64,000 nt of DNA, taken from contig CM102286.1 in assembly GCA_046563655.1 (NCBI GenBank), forward strand, positions 5,580,001 through 5,644,000, given 5' to 3'. The notes beneath the pieces are model-generated. The model saw only the letters and a program-made list of their open reading frames with translations. It did not search any database and had not been told where the DNA came from. Numbering within the stretch: the first letter of the stretch is position 1; every line of letters starts with the position of its first letter. This document shows, piece after piece, positions 26,263 through 39,000 of this stretch. This DNA is from Yuukianura sp. NJ FZ-2021 (Eukaryota). The position numbers and the translations under genes are program-made.

Positions 26263-26473
26263 TAAGTATAACATCACGATGTTAGTTCTTGTTCACTGTA
26301 GCACTTTCACTCACAAATTGTTCAGCAAAAACGAAATTCGCACATTGTTGCACAAAAAAGTCAACTTTTGCAGTTTTTTTTTGAAGAGAAAGTTAACGTA
26401 GGTCTTCACTGGTCAAAGTTCTCACGATCACTGAAGGGCTCCAAGATGGCGGCCGACGACAGCAGAACGTACC

Positions 26474-26503
26474 CTTCTAGAACATTCTAGAACGTTCTAG
26501 AAA
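26474..26503. promoter_or_regulatory. Heat-shock element, six perfect alternating nTTCn/nGAAn pentamers
   Basis: cTTCt aGAAc aTTCt aGAAc gTTCt aGAAa; a YY1-type motif caagatggcggc lies adjacent at 26442-26453. Confidence 0.75.
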
Positions 26504-26518
26504 GACAGTGTACCTATA

Positions 26519-26751
26519 CAGTAGACTTTCCCACTTATTACATTTGCCAAATACAAAACAATTTCAATTGACAAATACAAAACCCGCACCAGTACACTGG
26601 CGGTAAAATGGCAAAATGAAACATGCAATGGCAAATGGGGGATTTGCCAATGACAATTTGACTACACACTCATGTAATTTTCTAACCCCAGTGTAGTTCA
26701 ATTGTATTTTGTTTTGTATTTGGCAAATGGAATAAGTGGGAAAGTCTACTG
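26519..26751. mobile_element. 233-bp Tc1/mariner/pogo-type MITE
   Basis: 42-bp TIR cagtagactttcccacttatt(a/c)catttgccaaatacaaaaca with 1 mismatch; flanking TA at 26517-26518 and 26752-26753. Confidence 0.88.
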
Positions 26752-26821
26752 TACTTCTAAGCAGTGTCCCTATATGAAAAAGTTAATGGCTATAATCGGT
26801 TTTGGACAAAAACAGTAAAGT

Positions 26822-26853
26822 AGGGAGGGGGGGGAGGGAGGGGTGGGGGTTAG
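26822..26853 (+). other. G-run tract, potential G-quadruplex
   Basis: agggaggggggggagggaggggtgggggttagg, more than four G runs with 1-nt loops. Confidence 0.5.
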
Positions 26854-27378
26854 GTAACCTACCTCTGGACAGCATAGCAATGCTGATCCATTGTTGTCCA
26901 AGTATTAGGTAGTACTTTTGTATGAAGTAAACAGTTAGTTCCATTCATTTGTTCTAAAAATAGCGAAAAAAAAAGGGAATTACAACATTCCTGATTCACA
27001 CCCAATCTACACACAACAAAAACGTAAAAATTTTGAAATTTGACAAAGCAGCATGCCACTGGCAAAATTTCGGTTGACATTTCGACTTAACAGTATACAC
27101 TCTCTGAAGTGAGTCCTTTGATAAATAAGACACCATGACATGACAAATTATCGTGTTCAGTTTGGCCTTATTTGATATCCTAACCTGAGCTATTGCCTAA
27201 TAAATTCTGACTGATAGTTTCAGATTCTTCTGCTCCGGCCAAGACGAATTGAATGTCCAGTTCCATTTTCTGGGGTCTGAAGATTGGTAGCGGAAATCTC
27301 AAAGGAACAAGATTTCAGTGTCAACTTTAGAGTTTACAATACTCGAATCTGAGAACTTGGTTACAAGGCATCGATAGC

Positions 27379-27998
27379 ATGGAGAACAAAGAGATCGTAG
27401 CCATTCTCGGGAGGTAAGTATCGCTGAGTCACTGATGATGCTTTTTAGCGATATTAACTTATTGCATTTTGTATTGTTTGATCTTATTATAGCGGTCTTA
27501 TTGGAAAGTCTTGGGTAATGCTCTTTGCCTCTGGAGGTCATCAGGTCAGACTTTATGACACGGATCCCGTTGTACTAAATTTGGCATTGACAGACATCCG
27601 GAACAAACTGGAAAAACTGGAGGAAGATGGGACACTGAAGAACTCGAAGGTGCTTTCATCAAAGATGCAATCCGAGCTCATTTCAAGTAGGATTTCAAGT
27701 GAATGAGCGCCTCCAAAAATTTTGAGAAGAAAAATCGTTTTAACCGCAGAATATTTTTTTTTACCATCATGTCTAAGGTTATTCTACTTTTGAGGACACC
27801 CTCCGGGACGCCACGTATATTCAAGAATGTACTCCGGAACGCCTAGACGTCAAGCGTTCAGTCTTCGTTAACATTGACAAAGTCTTGAACAAAATTGGCA
27901 ACACCCAGGCTATTATTGGCAGCTCCAGCTCAGCCATTCCTTCGTCGAAATTTGTAAATGACCTGGGAATTTAAACGCGGAGTCTGATTGTTCACCCA
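27379..27998 (+). pseudogene. CRYL1: Lambda-crystallin homolog (L-gulonate 3-dehydrogenase) pseudogene, 5' half only
   Basis: Exons 27379-27413, 27493-27686, 27778-27998: [34 protein letters not shown]...YIQECTPERLDVKRSVF...IIGSSSS...IVHP. In-frame TAA at 27972-27974; no downstream exons before TMEM147. Confidence 0.85.
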
Positions 27999-28258
27999 GT
28001 AAGCAAATAATGCCTTATTAAAGAAAATCACGTGTCAGGGGAATAGTCAGACCCTACTTTTTCTTGTTAGCAAATGACCATACGGTCTACGGTAGCTTAA
28101 AGCTGAAGGGAGGGAGGAACGAAAGCTCTTGGAAAAAGGTAGAGGCGTTAAATCTTGAATTAATTATTTAATTTTTTAGGCGCTTACATTCGTGTTTCTT
28201 TTCAATTAATTTTTTTAGAATCAGAGTAATTAATTGACGATTCTCGAAGGAAGCTGAA

Positions 28259-29163
28259 ATGACATTGTATCATTTCGGAAATTGTATCGCAATTTCGTAC
28301 ATACCGTACTATCTCACCTATAAGTACACCGGATTGTAAGTGAGAAAAATTATTTGATGGAACAACTTTATACTGTTACAATTTTTTTTAACTATTAGGT
28401 CAGAATATGGAGCGTTTTGGAAATGTGTTCAAACTGTTATCATTTACGCACTTACTCAACTATGCAAGATGCTAGTCTTGGCTACCTTCTTTCCAGTTCC
28501 AATTCTTGATGAAGTTGACTCCGATGGAGTGCTTAGACATTCGTCATTTGGTTTGGTAAGGAGCACATTCATCCTGAACCTAGTACTAATTTCATCTGTG
28601 CCTTAGACGCGTTGATTACGGTGAATTATTTTGATTCTTACAGGAGTTTCTCAAAGCTTCGGTAGACTTAATGGATTTAGTGGGCATCTACATTGCTCTT
28701 GCTAGAATACCCGGGAGAGGCCATTCTAAAATATTAACCGCTGCCATTGGGTGGGGAGCCGCCGAGTTAATCTTTACACGATTCCTTGTTCTGTGGGTTG
28801 GGGCTAAAGGTCTCGAGTTTAACTGGAAATTCATTCAGATGAGTCTTGAATCTAACATTGCACTGGTAAGACAATTTCTTTTTAGATTCGCATACTTAGA
28901 ACATAAGTTAATCTGTTGTGTTTTTGTAGACACAACATATTGCAATTACTGCGCTGGTATGGCTCTGGAGCAGACATGATCTCAAACGAACTTATGTTCC
29001 GTTCGTCTCCGCGCTGCTGGTTGCTGGAATTTTCAAGACCCTCATTGTAGACAATTTTTGCGACCACCTCAGCCTTGATTCATGGACACAACTCGTAGCA
29101 AAGGCTTTTGCTACTTTGGGGTTAATCATCGCTACAATTAGAGTCTATGTGACAGTGGCATAA
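28259..29163 (+). CDS. TMEM147: Transmembrane protein 147 (BOS complex subunit), 229 aa, 4 exons
   Basis: Exons 28259-28335, 28399-28555, 28644-28865, 28930-29163 (690 nt). MTLYHFGNC...[11 protein letters not shown]...[13 protein letters not shown]...[23 protein letters not shown]. Confidence 0.95.
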
Positions 29164-29341
29164 TCCATTTCTTTCCAGTATAAAATCATGTCTATTGAAT
29201 TGTCCTTTCATAATAGGGAATAAAGATTTTCACATTCAGAACTATCCTTTTACGTGTTTCCGGATTATACGAAAGATGATTTATTTCATCCGGTTGGACA
29301 AATAAAAACAAAATTGAAGGTGATAACTATTGGGCATATTT

Positions 29342-29930
<589 letters not shown>

Positions 29931-31433
29931 ATTAGATTCGACTTTGGAATTTAGTTAGTTTCTGAAAAACGAGCAAAAACAAAAATCCACTTCCATCATT
30001 CACATGCGAACGCTAACTTTGCTTAGCAGAGAGGCCGCTCACCTTCATGCTATGTATTAACGTTACTTACATTAACAAAATTGAGTTAATTGACTTACCT
30101 TTGCCGAGCCAAACAATTAACCGGTGCCTCCCAAAATAGTACTCCTTCTGTTTCTTCAATTAATTATTGACAAAGGAGCAGTAAAGAAACCAATTCTTCC
30201 CAGTGCTTTACAAATGCCCGGAGATTTGATTGGGAGTTTTCAAAGTGTGCTCTCTTTAGTCTGTTGAATGGTTTTCACATGCGTACACGTTTCAACCCTG
30301 CTTCTTTTAATGATTATGTATCAGCGTGGGTTGGCTCCTAAACAAGGGCTGAAACGAGTTCGGTATCAAAAACACTTAGAATCAGATGGCGAAAGAACCA
30401 GGCAACATTCAAACAATTTCCAACATTTGTGCTTCTCTGCTTTTTAACCTCAAACGCGCATTAGAGGTACGGTTATTGTCGCTTTCCTGCCAAATTCAAA
30501 GTCCGAGTACAGGATCAAGGTAATAACAGAGTAGGTAATAGGGTGAGATAATATTAGCGACCACCAGCGAAGACCCAACAGCGTAGCCATCCCGTCCGGC
30601 CATCTTTCTACAATAGTGGCTACCCCTCGGTGACAACCTTTCTAGGCAATGCAACCTAACCTAAAGTGGCAAAATAATTATTATCTTTCAATAGTGTAGC
30701 CACCTATTGGAGCAGAAAAAAGTGGTTATACGTTGCGAAAAAAAGAGCATTTAAAATTTAGTTTAAAAAAATCAATAAAAGAGGAAATTGATCCAGCATA
30801 CGCATTTAATGCCGTTTGTTTTGATTTTTAACTTATGTAAACAGAAAATACTACAGGATGAACCCATCCTTAGCGCTTATAGCCGAACCCAAAACTTGCA
30901 GTACATCTTCGTCCTAACCGCACTCGAGACCACGGTGCGGGCCGCACCCGACCCGATTGACTGACTAGACCATGACCATACCATAACTATACACCATAGG
31001 CACAGAGGCATAAAAGCTTTACCTTGGTAATGTCCGTTTTCTTACCCTCGTTCTTCTCATTTATTACCGGGACGGTGCGGTGACGGAGTTACGGGATCTT
31101 TGATTGAATGAAAACAAAAGATATAAGTGAAAACAGTAAAAAAAAATTAATTTGGGGTAAGTGTATTCCAACTCTTGTACTAACGGGATTACATAAATAA
31201 CGATTGTCATTTTTGTATGTTAGTATCAGTACATATTTTTTGAATTTTTTTTCCTTCCTTCCGTTCCTACATCCTTACGTTGGTTGTTGGTTCCATCCAA
31301 GCAATTCCTTTCGTTTTCGTTCGGTGTGAATTGATATTAAATCTTCGATCGTTGGTAAGTAAAGTATGGATCAAACGATGACAGTAATAATATTTGTTTT
31401 CCAGCAGTAATACCTAAACCTAAGCCATGTAAT

Positions 31434-31813
31434 GGTTGGATTTTATCAAACGTGGCGCAGATGAAAATTTTTCTAAAAGTCCAGAAAATTTGACCTGGCG
31501 TCTCCTGACAACCTCAAAAATGACCCCTACAAAAGTTGTTGAGGTCAATGAGACGATCATTTTGACATATCACACACGACTCTGTGACCACCCGTTGGGT
31601 GGGACTATAAGTCAAGGGTTACGTTTTTAGAAAACCTAACCTTTGACCTCAACAGATAGTCACAGAGTCGTGTATGATATGTCAAAATGATCGTCTCATT
31701 GACCTCAACAACTTTTGTAGGGGTCATTTTTGAGGTTGTCAGGAGACGCCAGGTCAAATTTTCTGGACTTTTAGAAAAATTTTCATCTGCGCCACGTTTG
31801 ATAGAATCCAACA
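31434..31813. mobile_element. 380-bp palindromic MITE with ~154-bp TIRs and an 8-bp TSD (hAT- or Mutator-like), inside the DPY30 5'UTR intron
   Basis: Arms 31435-31588 and 31659-31812 are near-perfect reverse complements; catgtaat is duplicated at 31426-31433 and 31814-31821; host intron 31355-31914. Confidence 0.85.
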
Positions 31814-31935
31814 CATGTAATCTATTTATCCGGAGATTGACATTTCTTCCGACTAATTACCAGGTCATGTCCGCATTATCTATTTTCGTCTAACCTTCTG
31901 AATTATTCGTACAGGCGCATTCGGTAGACTTTGAA

Positions 31936-33008
31936 ATGACAACTGAACCTGAAACAGTTGATCTGGAGGCGCAGTCCTCATCAGAGGCTGAGCAGAAGAA
32001 GGAAGATGCGGTTCAACTTGTTGACATTGAAGACGACGAGGTTACGGAAATTCCCCAGAACGCTGAGCCTGGTAAGGAAGCGGGGGAACAGTTGCCTTCT
32101 GATTCTACTGAGCCAGAACCGATGCACATTGATGGGGAAGAAGGGAAGGTAGTGGACGGAAATGAAACTAGCGCGGCGGTGGAAAGTAGTAACGGTAAGC
32201 GAAAAAGAGAATTACATATAGTAGTTAAAGTTAAATATCGATATCCTCCTGAGACACAAAATAGAACTTAATTTGATTTCAGGTGAAGCTGTAAATCCCG
32301 ACGAACCAACAGATTCCGCAAAGCCAGCGTCTGAGATAAATGTTGAGCCCGAAGGCAATAAAACGGAAGAGAAAGAACAGGAAAAATCTGTCGAAGCAAA
32401 CGATGGTACGTTAGAAATACTTCAGAGTTTAGATCTTATTCGTTTTTTAGTAGCCGTATACCTACGATGTTGGTATGCGGTATGCTTAGTAATAGTACTT
32501 TGCATTTCTTCAGGGTATACGTTTGTTTATTTTTGTTTTTCATCATACATTTAACCTAATAAAACATTTAATTTCTGTTACAGTGGTAGTGGAGGCCAAT
32601 GAAAACTCTGAAACTGTCGCAGCGATTCCGGAATCAAAGGATAAGGAAGTTACCGACACCCCAAAAGTTGCCGTAAGCAACGGCAATGGCGAAATCAAGG
32701 TAGTTTCTTATTTTGATAAAAGCAGCAGTGATCGTAGTATAACCTATCATTTGTTGTTAAAATCTTTAATTGTCTTAAACCACATTGTTAAACTGCAGGC
32801 TGCAAGAAAGCTCGATGACGAATCTCCGATTCCTGCGAAAGTGCCACGTTCCGATGTACATGCCATTCCAACACGTCAGTATTTGGATCAAACCGTGGTT
32901 CCCATCCTTCTACGTGGAATGGCAGCTCTGAGCAAGGATCGCCCGGCAGAACCGATTGAGTACCTTGCCGATTTCTTGCTCAAGCACAAATCGAAGTACG
33001 AATTGTAG
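31936..33008 (+). CDS. DPY30: Protein dpy-30 homolog with long acidic N-terminal extension, ~235 aa, 4 exons
   Basis: Exons 31936-32194, 32283-32405, 32584-32699, 32799-33008 (708 nt). C-terminal Dpy-30 motif [42 protein letters not shown]. Confidence 0.9.
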
Positions 33009-36000
33009 AAACCTTAACACCTCTTTGTAAACGGTTTTTGTAACTTATTTCTCAGTAGCCTTTCGAGGATTAACGTTGATAACTACTATAAACTTTCTGT
33101 CTCTCTGTAAACTGTCTCTGTTATGATTGATGATTATCCAAATTAGTACTCTTCTTTCGTCTGGAAATGTTAGCGGGAATTTCAGCCTAACTTTAATGTT
33201 TTGATCTGCATGTTACATAAATTCTTAAATTGTTCACGTAACCATTTTAAGTAAAGATTTTTTTATCTGAAGCCTTTTTATTTATGTTTTTGAGAGTTGC
33301 CTTCCTTTCTTTCACAAAGTTTGGGTTTTTAAATACAAAATATAAAGAATTTCTTTAATATTGTGGTAACATTTTATAGTTTGATGAGTAAACTCAAATA
33401 TGTAACTGGCTAGTTAGTACTAGTAAGTTTACATGAATTACATCACATCGGTTGTAGGATTGACATAAATCAATTTTGAGTCTGACTTGCGTTAAGATTT
33501 TCATTCTATTTCAACATTTGAAACATTTTTTAAAATAAATACCTTTTACAATGTGCGATTTGTGTAACTCAAGGTATTATGCGCCTCTCATTCCCAATAT
33601 GTATGTAAAATGTCTTTTTTTGAGTTACTTGTATTTTTTTAAAATTAGATAGAATATTTTGTTGTTTATTAATTGAAATACAATTTTCAAACAACTTACA
33701 CCTGTCTAGAATATGTTTTTCAAATACCGTGTTTTGTTGCGTATAAGACGCAATTTAAAGGAGATATTGCGAAAAAATTTATAATTTCTGCAACAAATCA
33801 GGAGATTTGTATTAGCACAAACTGGAAAGAGATAGTGGGTTTAAAATTGGTTGGATGCTGGTAGCCGGCGGCGTAGTGGCAAGAGAAAAAATTTCAAAAA
33901 CGTACATGGCGTTTTCTTTTTTCAATTTGTAATTCATTATCTATATAAGTATGGTGGTGTAGGATCTCTATTTTAACAAAGTTTTAACGGTTTAAATTAC
34001 GGTTTAAAAATGATATTACAATTTAATTACAAATCGTGTTAAAATGAGCGAAGAAAGTCCTATGTCGGAATGAGAAGTTCATCCAAGTGGAATTCTGAAA
34101 TGAATTCACAAGGATCTGAGATGTCGTGAACCGTCACTTTCTCATTGTCCAGATCCTCACAGGAACCACTCGTGCCGAAGTTTCAAAATCCAGAATCACA
34201 CCCGCAGTGTGATATACTGGATGTGACTAGGAAACAGATTTTGGGTGAAAATAATTTCTCCCACACTGTGATCCATCAATCTCTACTGTAAGGTAACATA
34301 TCGAAAACTCCCTGCAAACTAGGAACAAAAGAGGGAGGAAGATATGATTTGAGTAAAATACCAAAATGCCACAAAATGGTCCAGTAGTTTTCAAAAGCGG
34401 ACAAAGTTATAAACCAAAGCATTTCTTGTGCCCCAATTACAACTCCCAAAATAATTAGAGCGTCGGCGACAAATTTAAAAAAAGATATGCTTTCGTCGTT
34501 TTGTGTTTTTTTTTCAGTTTAGCTTATTTAGTTGCTTCTCTTTTCTAATATCAAAAGTATGTGTGTAAAAAAAAATTGTTCTTCAACATTCTAATTGTTA
34601 TTTGACACATCACATGATATTAGCCACAAAAAACAACCTCAGATTTAGAACTAGAAATCGATGCTGCGGGTAGAATAATAACAATGAATATCAGCAGTAA
34701 GGCTTTACTCTTTGTACAATAAATTTTTATGCAAATGAATACCACAGTTTGGTTTTCATTCGTTTGATTAAACGGACTTTGAGCTGCTACTCTTCACCCT
34801 ATGGAGAAAGCATGACAGCTCTTTCACTCTGTCTCTCTCTCTCTCTCTTACCTAAAAGCCTACTCCATAAGCACACTAACGTAAGCCTAAGCTTGTCTAT
34901 TCATGCTCGCATATTCTAATGACTTTTGATTTCGCTGTATTAAGAAGATTATTACCTCCCGAACTATGAGTTTCAAAAATAGCAGAAAATAACTACATGA
35001 TACTCATACATCTGGAATTTGTGAGGCCAGGAACAGGAGACGAAAGTAATGAAAGGATAAAAGTCAAAAAGACTTTGGAATTCATTTTGGGATTACTATT
35101 CAGTAAATTCAAAAGTTTTTGGCATTGGAACGCTCTATTATTTCCCGTAGAACAAATGAACTCTTGTGTGTCCTCTTATAAAGACCTAAAGCGAAAAAGA
35201 GCCTTTCCCTGACTCTGTCAGACAACTTGAAAGTCTTAACAGAGTAGACACGCAGAGAGAAAGCAGGAGCTTCCCTCCTGTAGTAGTTTCCGTCTTCATC
35301 TAATTTGATGAGAATTAATTTAGATATAATTTGATCAGACAATAGAAAGAACCTCTGGAACTTAACTTCCAAAAGTGTGTCCTCCACTCTGCCGCTCTTA
35401 AAAGTCTATTAAAACAAAAGTACACAGAAAGAAATTGACAATCTCGGACGGTCCAATTTCTGATTGTAAAAACCTAAGAATGCCGACAATAAGTAGTGTG
35501 TCAAAGGTTTTGAAAATAGTTCAGCAGCACAGCAGCTCATGGGAACGGTAAAAAGAAATTAAATTGGAAAACAATTTTTCAATTTCAGATTAGCGAAACC
35601 TTTGGATTAAATTCAAAGGGTTTTTAATCTATTTCCATTTTTGATTACTGCGTAGCTGTTCCACTTGACACTTGATCCAGAAACATTGCGCGCCAAATCG
35701 GATGAACAGGCATATGGCGTTCCAAGATTAATCGATTGTAGTTGCTGTCAACCTTGCCATTCGGTTCCATTCGATGATTTGGTTTTGTAATTTTTAGTTT
35801 GGCAGCGGCAAGAGCGTGGGAAACGCTCAGAAGTTTTGGTGAGTGGCAATGAATAAAATAAATCAGTTAGAAATTCTAACTTAGAATCCCAGCAAATTCG
35901 AAAATTCTCGGTTTGAAACAGCTCTCAAAAACCCCCAAATCCTGAATAACTTTGTTATAAAGTGTTTTGAACTATTGATTTCTCAGACAGAACAACAACA

Positions 36001-39000
36001 AAATACAATTGGTTTCTACATGGGACAGTTCAGCACGGCAGTATAGAATAGAATCCTGACAAAATTCAATTTATCGCCATTGCACAATAGAGTAACCTAC
36101 GACGCAAAACGTAACAAAGCCGTACGGTGAAAGCAAGCGTCAAAATGTAATTTCCAATTTCAAAAGTTAAACGTTCAAAGTTAGACAATAAGCATGAAAG
36201 TTATGTAATGTTGGAAACCCTCAGAAAAAAAGTTATTCAACTTTTTTGTTACTCAACTTTCAAAAAAGTTTTGATATTAAAATGTAATGTTGTTTGTACT
36301 AACTTTTACTTTTGTGTAATTTCAAAGTCTTTAATTTAAAACTGAGCGTGCAAGTTTCAAATCTCGATGTTCTAAGTTTTGTTACATGCATATTAACTTG
36401 GTGCAGTTCAACTAATTTTTTATAACAAAAATCGAAAAGTGGTTTTGGCTGAGGGTTAAACGAGAAATATTAAATTCACGACGCTTTCAGGATGAAGAGT
36501 GGTGAGTATTTGTCTGAGGTTTTCGAAAATACTTGAATTCGAAATCATCATCAACATCTTGCTTTTCCCGCGCTCCGATTAAAGTTCAAACAGCGAAGTA
36601 GTTTAGGTGAAAGGCTTTGCATTTATCCTTTGTTGAAAATAGTGAGAGACAGACCAAAACCACACAAAATTCAAAATGCCAAACCACTTAAACTGAGCTT
36701 TCAGAATTAGTCTCAACGGGAAAAGGAAATTCTAATTTGAAAGTTTAAAGGTTTCAGGGGCAGGTTCCTTCTTTGACCCTGGCGGCAAACTTTCAAAATT
36801 TGAAATTCCAATTTCAATATTACATAAGTTAAGTTTGTCCTTACGATCTCCGGAGTATTTATTTATTTTGATCCCTTGGTGTTGACTTTCTCCAGCCTTT
36901 TGGTTTCATCCTCACACAGGTTTTTAGTTACGCTGTTCCGCACTTTGAAAGTTTTCAGCCTGCAGCTGTTTAAGCTTTCACGCCTTTATTTGAAAAATTT
37001 TCCGCAATTTTTTTTCTTGCTTTTTAATATTAAAGTTCTTTACTTTTTTACGACCTAAGAACGGATTTTGAAAAAAGCATTTTTAAAGCTAAAAGTTTCC
37101 AGTCGTCGAGAAGTAGTAGTTCTGACGCTGACATTTTGCAATATGGAGACCATGAAATATAGAAAAGGGAAAAGGCTTTGAGAAGACATTCTACTAAATT
37201 GTAAGGATCTTTTTGAACAAAGTGGTTTTGAATTTTGTTGCTAGAACATTTTTCGAGGTCCTTTTTAAAAATTTTTTTATAAAAATGGGCAGGAGAAAGC
37301 AAGTTTGACGCAAAACCGAATCTAAAAGGTTCACTTGAGAATTGGTGCTTGCTTCCTGTGGCTTGATTTTGATGTAAAGTGAACCACTTAAGACACATCA
37401 CGACCAACAATTCCGGCAGAAGTTCCCTTGACAGCATCGAATGGCCTAGTCCATTTGACAGGAAAGAAACTGTGTGGATCAGACACTTTTAATAACTACC
37501 ATAGCCTATTTCTTCCACTTGAGAAACTGAACAAGGAATTGAACTGGAAGTTTCCAAAACACTTTCTCTTCTTGCCAAAAACTTTCCTAGCCTAACTCCT
37601 GCTGCCCGTGTGGATGATGAGGCTGAGCCATTATCAAAGAGACCAATTGGATTAGAACTTTCTCAAAAACTTTTCATACTAATCTCAAATAAAGTATTCA
37701 GTTTAACTATTCTGAGATGTGAATTACAAGGCTCTTCCAGAATTCCTTGTTCTAAATTAAGTTTCAAAAGTGAAAATTTAACCTGGTCATGCTCACTTCC
37801 ACTCATAATAACTTTGACTCAAATGTTACACGTCTCTTCAAAACAAGTAACTTTAGCATATAAATTGTATTTTTGATTCCCTTTGTACTATAAAATAAAA
37901 CTTTTCCAAACTTAGAAAAAAACCTAAAACTTTTTTAAGAGCTTTTTAATTCCAGTACAACTTTTCTCCCCGGACAAAAGCAGTGGGAAAGTAGTTGTGA
38001 AAAAGTATTTGAGTTTTAGGAACAAATTAAAAGTCGAGATTAAAAAGTTTTAAATTTGAACCGTAAACTCAATCTAATTGCTTGTAATATCAAAAATTTA
38101 TCAAACTATTATCAATGCTGGTACAACAGTTTGATCTTGCAGTAGCAAAAGTTTTTTGTCCACGCGGGGAGTAAAAGAGATTAGCAACTTTCTCCATAAA
38201 ACCTTCATCATGAAAACTTCCAGAAGTTCACAAGGATAGAATGACAAATTGCGGCTTAAAAGAGCTCAAAAGTTAATTCCTCCGGGAAAGAAGTAAATGC
38301 CGTGGAAGGACATTGGGAACATCAAAGGAACAACGTTTGTCAGGCATTCAAGCGTTGTAAAGATCAACTAAAAACATGACTGATGATGATGGTTTCGTAA
38401 CTGATGAAAGTATTAAACTGCTGGAGAGTTAGGACTTGTTCATGCATCACTGGATTCATTCCATTTTCATAGCTGGATTTTCGTTTTATAAGTGAGTCGC
38501 AAATCTTATACGTAAATGCCATTTTTATATTTCTCAAACGAAATCTATTGTCCTTGGTAATTCAATTAACTCAATTAATCGTCTTTCTAATAGTTTTAGA
38601 ATTTTTTCTTTTTAGTGCTTCGTGAATGGTTTATTTAAAACTCAGGCTGTTAGAAACTGGTGCCTACAATCTTCCAAACCAGATAAATATTTTGGTAACA
38701 AGTTGAGATCTGTTTAAAACAGGTACATCTAGCAGGATAGTAGTAAACAAAATGACAACTACACAACATTGTAGGCCACTTTAAAAAAAAGCTCAAGCGT
38801 TTTTTGAAAAAAAAAAGAAAATAATGGTTCCAAAAAAACAGAATTCCGGGGTCGTAAAAGCTGACATTTTAAAGCGCACTTATGGTAAAGCAAAGGGTAA
38901 ATTACATTTAAATACTAAAAAAAGTTGCATAAAAATGAAGGAGGTAGTTTTCTCCAGAAGCGTAAGCTACCTTAGTACTTCTGTCCAATTTTTGGATACT

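Noticed and set aside
31436..31893. Mirror-image ORFs of 64-69 aa on both strands
   Set aside because: By-products of the MITE inverted repeats.
35109..35387. 92-aa minus-strand ORF as a possible exon
   Set aside because: No convincing splice partners or family motif.
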